In this document: positions 1 to 1,251 of the stretch, in pieces | Layout of the letters: every line of letters begins with the position of its first letter | Numbering within the stretch: position 1 is the stretch's first letter | Notes under the pieces: generated by a model | Seen by the model: the letters and a program-made list of their open reading frames with translations, nothing else | Database searches by the model: none | Told to the model about the DNA's origin: nothing | Program-made: the position numbers and the translations under genes | Source: Naegleria gruberi | Taxonomy: Eukaryota | DNA: 1,251 nt | Assembly: GCA_000004985.1 (NCBI GenBank) | Contig: GG739477.1 | Reading direction: 5' to 3' (one strand)

Positions 1-5
1 ATTAC

Positions 6-138
6 CTTGTTGACTAGTGTCACCCACTTTTGGGCTTGTATGAACGACTCTGCATTGGTAATATCATACACCACAAGAGCTGCATAAGCTCCTCTAAAGT
101 ACATTGCTGGCAATGATTTGTATCGTTCTTGTCCACTA
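6..138 (-). CDS. Rab5/Ypt5-subfamily small GTPase, exon 3, partial ((T)[44 protein letters not shown]). The gene continues past the window edge.
   Basis: Minus-strand translation matches Rab5 '[41 protein letters not shown]' and yeast Ypt52 '[24 protein letters not shown]'. The acceptor tttatAG is at 140-139. An AAG|GTAAT at 8-1 looks like the next splice donor, so the exon probably ends at 6. Alternatively the exon runs to position 1. The G4 (NKxD) and G5 motifs and the C-terminal Cys prenylation motif must lie outside the window. Confidence 0.8.
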
Positions 139-203
139 CTATAAATGTTTCAAATGCATTTACAATAATCATTCAATGATTAATCAAAGATACTAAAACC
201 TAC
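139..203 (-). other. Intron 2 of the Rab5-like gene (65 nt, GTAGGT...tttatAG)
   Basis: In-frame TAG follows 'tgg gat acg' on the minus strand. Donor GTAGGT and acceptor tttatAG restore the frame into GQERY (phase 2). Using the second AG (tag at 137-136) would delete one residue from the DxxG box, so the first AG is preferred. Confidence 0.65.
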
Positions 204-336
204 GTATCCCAAATTTCAAATTTCACAACTCTATCCTCCAATGGTACAGTTTGAGTCAAGAAAGCAGCTCCAATAGTGCTCTCCTCATGCTCACTAAAGT
301 ATCCTCTAACAAATCGCAAGACCAGATTCGTCTTTC
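204..336 (-). CDS. Rab5/Ypt5-subfamily small GTPase, exon 2 ((G)[43 protein letters not shown] + 2 nt of the Thr codon)
   Basis: Open frame on the minus strand with near-identity to the Rab5 consensus [28 protein letters not shown]...[14 protein letters not shown] (switch I / effector loop). Preceded by acceptor tgataatcAG (AG at 338-337) and followed by donor AC|GTAGGT (GT at 203-202). The frame is continuous with exons 1 and 3 only with these splice sites. Confidence 0.85.
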
Positions 337-387
337 CTGATTATCATGTGTTGTGAATTTTTAAAAGCTCATGTTAAAAACACTCAC
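337..387 (-). other. Intron 1 of the Rab5-like gene (51 nt, GTGAGT...atcAG)
   Basis: In-frame TAA immediately upstream of the exon 2 sequence forces an intron here. Canonical GTGAGT donor and pyrimidine/AT-rich tract ending in AG. The P-loop frame is restored only with this splice (phase 1). Confidence 0.7.
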
Positions 388-457
388 CCGTAGAACTGCT
401 GCCCAACAAGATCAATTTATATGACACAAACTTTGGAGGAGTTTTAGAGGATATCAT
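388..457 (-). CDS. Rab5/Ypt5-subfamily small GTPase, exon 1 (start codon at 457-455; MISSKTPPKFVSYKLILLGSSST + first nt of the Gly codon)
   Basis: Reverse-complement translation from the ATG gives KLILLGSSSTG|KT, i.e. the Rab5 N-terminal beta-strand plus P-loop GxxxxGK[ST]. An in-frame TAA lies 18 nt upstream of the ATG. The exon ends at a strong donor CGG|GTGAGT (GT at 387-386), leaving a phase-1 split Gly codon. Confidence 0.8.
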
Positions 458-659
458 TGATTGGCTATTTTTTTAAATTTATCATGTTCATGATTACTGG
501 TGGAAATGATTTGTCAGCTTTGTTCCGATGATAGATATTGGCCCATGTAAAATTCATGATCAATTACTGTAAATGCAAATATGGAAAAGTACAAAATGAT
601 TTTAAAAACATTTTGTTGCAATAAGAGGAGTATTGTGGAAATGTGTTAAAAACATTTGT
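458..659. promoter_or_regulatory. Divergent intergenic region: putative Pol II promoter / 5'UTR of the Rab5-like gene and 5' flank of the tRNA relic cluster
   Basis: By position only: it lies between the ATG (457, minus) and the first tRNA-derived fragment (660, plus). AT-rich, with an A/T run TTTAAAAAAATAG (minus) about 15-25 nt upstream of the ATG and a CCAAT (minus, 540-536). No consensus element is clearly identifiable. Confidence 0.3.
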
Positions 660-682
660 AAGCTGGCGTAGCTCAGTCGGTA
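660..682 (+). pseudogene. Truncated tRNA-Ile 5' fragment: exact 23-bp copy (aagctggcgtagctcagtcggta) of positions 930-952 of the intact gene
   Basis: Perfect 23/23 direct repeat that includes 1 nt of 5' flank, the acceptor 5' strand, the D-stem and the D-loop (A box). Similarity stops abruptly at 683, which is AT-rich with T4 runs at 695-698 and 703-706. There is no B box or 3' half. Confidence 0.8.
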
Positions 683-706
683 TTATATTTAATAATTTTA
701 AATTTT

Positions 707-763
707 AACGTAGCGCAGTCATTTAACGTTGCGTTAATTAATTGGTCTGTCATTTAATTCAAA
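707..763 (+). pseudogene. Decayed tRNA-Ile-like copy (5' half 707-740 plus T-arm-like 741-760), non-functional
   Basis: By-eye alignment to tRNA 935-996: aacgtagcgcagtcatttaa-cgttg... vs ggcgtagctcagtcggtagagcgttg... is about 70% identical, and attggtctgtcatttaattc vs attggtc-gccggttcgatcc. Most differences are G>A or C>T. The A box is degraded to TAGCGCAGTCA and the B box is destroyed (catttaattc). Confidence 0.5.
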
Positions 764-884
764 ATTGAAATTGACACATCGCTCTCTATCAATAAAATTC
801 TGACGTAGCTCTTTCAATAAACGTTGCTATAAATATATATACATACAAATGTAATTAACGCAACGTTAAATGACTGCGCTACGT
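708..884. repeat. Perfect 33-bp inverted repeat (arms 708-740 and 852-884) separated by a 111-bp AT-rich spacer
   Basis: The reverse complement of 708-740 (acgtagcgcagtcatttaacgttgcgttaatta) equals 852-884 exactly. Pairing breaks at 707/885 and 741/851. The arms contain the internal palindromes AACGTT and TTAATTAA and are themselves tRNA-5'-half-like. Confidence 0.9.
800..827 (+). pseudogene. Third decayed tRNA-Ile 5'-half-like fragment (ctgacgtagctctttcaataaa-cgttgc)
   Basis: Aligns to tRNA 933-961 (ctggcgtagctcagtcggtagagcgttgg) at about 21/29 identities. Four of the mismatches are G>A transitions, plus one 1-nt deletion. The cgtagctc core is intact. Confidence 0.45.
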
Positions 885-938
885 GATTAGTTATATTAGA
901 GAATTATTAAAGTATTAAATGAAGAATGCAAGCTGGCG

Positions 939-950
939 TAGCTCAGTCGG
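939..950 (+). promoter_or_regulatory. Pol III internal promoter A box (TAGCTCAGTCGG)
   Basis: Matches TRGCNNAGYGG at tRNA positions 8-19. Confidence 0.7.
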
Positions 951-982
951 TAGAGCGTTGGTCTAATAAGCCATTGGTCGCC

Positions 983-993
983 GGTTCGATCCC
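983..993 (+). promoter_or_regulatory. Pol III internal promoter B box (GGTTCGATCCC)
   Basis: Matches GGTTCGANTCC at tRNA positions 52-62. Confidence 0.7.
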
Positions 994-1009
994 GTCCGTC
1001 AGCAGATAA

Positions 1010-1013
1010 TTTT
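1010..1013 (+). terminator. Pol III terminator T4 run 6 nt downstream of the tRNA 3' end (second T4 at 1030-1033)
   Basis: TTTT on the coding strand immediately after the discriminator base. This is the typical eukaryotic tRNA gene terminator position. Confidence 0.55.
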
Positions 1014-1251
1014 GAATCTAAATTCAGAATTTTAAGTTTGCTGCTCTGTTCTTCATTCTCATTATTCTTGCTATTTTCCAGAGATGAGAAAATACAGTAC
1101 CAAATAATGATATGGATTAAATGGTAAAATTCCTACTATAGAATGATTAGCAAATTAATTAAACAAAAAAAATGAACATTACACAAAAGGCCTTTCTCTA
1201 TGAAATGCACATGATGAAATTTGTACGTACATTCTCACTATAAAATCATTA

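Larger units (their letters stand above)
932..1004 (+). tRNA. tRNA-Ile (anticodon AAT), 73 nt including discriminator A. Eukaryotic cytosolic type, no intron.
   Basis: Manual cloverleaf: acceptor GCTGGCG / CGTCAGC (7 bp, one G-U); U8 A9; D-stem GCTC/GAGC with loop AGTCGGTA; anticodon stem TTGGT/GCCAT (T27.T43 mismatch, one G-U); loop CTAATAA giving anticodon AAT; variable TGGTC; T-stem GCCGG/CCGTC (C50.T64 mismatch); T-loop TTCGATC. The two stem mismatches lower confidence that it is fully functional. Confidence 0.8.

Noticed and set aside
136-137. Alternative intron-2 acceptor at the second AG (tag|tgga), which would make exon 3 start at 135
   Set aside because: It removes one residue from the G3 box (DTGQE), breaking the invariant DxxG spacing. 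The first AG (140-139) keeps DTSGQE.
459-463. CCAAT box (minus strand) 5-9 nt upstream of the Rab ATG, and a second one at 540-536
   Set aside because: The proximal one is too close to the ATG to be a promoter element and would lie in the 5'UTR. The distal one is a single 5-mer with no supporting TATA/Inr context. Not reportable beyond a note.
602-657. Repeated motif TTAAAAACATTT (602-613, 646-657; similar gttaaaaaca at 373-382) and small palindromes caaaatg...cattttg (592-615), aaatgt...acattt (639-657)
   Set aside because: Short, A/T-only motifs in roughly 30% GC DNA recur by chance. One copy lies inside a Rab intron. No consistent spacing or orientation that would suggest a binding-site array.
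708-884. MITE / foldback transposon interpretation of the 33-bp inverted repeat pair
   Set aside because: No target-site duplication at the outer edges (707/885 do not match and there is no TA or other short direct repeat). The inner and outer boundaries are not typical TIR termini, and the arms are explained by tRNA-derived sequence. It is kept as a structural finding rather than called a mobile element.
932-1004. Possibility that the full-length tRNA is itself a pseudogene or SINE head
   Set aside because: It has intact A and B boxes, 7-bp acceptor stem, correct loop sizes, a T4 terminator at +6 and far less decay than the neighbouring relics. The two single stem mismatches (27.43, 50.64) are noted but insufficient to call it dead. 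No SINE body or tail follows.
1223-1230. 8-bp palindrome GTACGTAC
   Set aside because: Trivial length, with no flanking symmetry or repeated copies.
1174-1245. 23-codon plus-strand ORF MNITQKAFLYEMHMMKFVRTFSL
   Set aside because: Too short, low-complexity, no recognisable motif, in AT-rich DNA where such ORFs are frequent by chance.

Overview
AT-rich (roughly one-third GC) eukaryotic nuclear DNA with two parts. (1) Minus strand, positions 457 down to 1: the 5' portion of an intron-containing gene for a Rab5/Ypt5-subfamily small GTPase. Start codon at 457-455; three exons (388-457, 204-336, 6-138) separated by short 51-nt and 65-nt GT...AG introns. The gene continues beyond the window's left edge. 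The conceptual translation [112 protein letters not shown] carries the P-loop, the switch I motif [13 protein letters not shown], the G3 box and the YRGA/VVYDIT block typical of Rab5. (2) Plus strand, divergent from the Rab gene: a cloverleaf tRNA-Ile(AAT) gene at 932-1004 with canonical A and B boxes and a T4 terminator 6 nt downstream. Directly upstream of the tRNA is a field of tRNA-derived relics: an exact 23-bp copy of the tRNA 5' end (660-682), at least two decayed tRNA-like copies (707-763, 800-827) with a GC-to-AT transition bias, and a perfect 33-bp inverted repeat (708-740 / 852-884) whose arms are themselves tRNA-5'-half-like. No prokaryotic-style operon, CRISPR array or obvious transposase is present. 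The region 1005-1251 has no convincing coding signal. Organism cannot be named from sequence; short introns plus a Ypt52-like 'ERYKSLAPMY' suggest a fungus or AT-rich protist.
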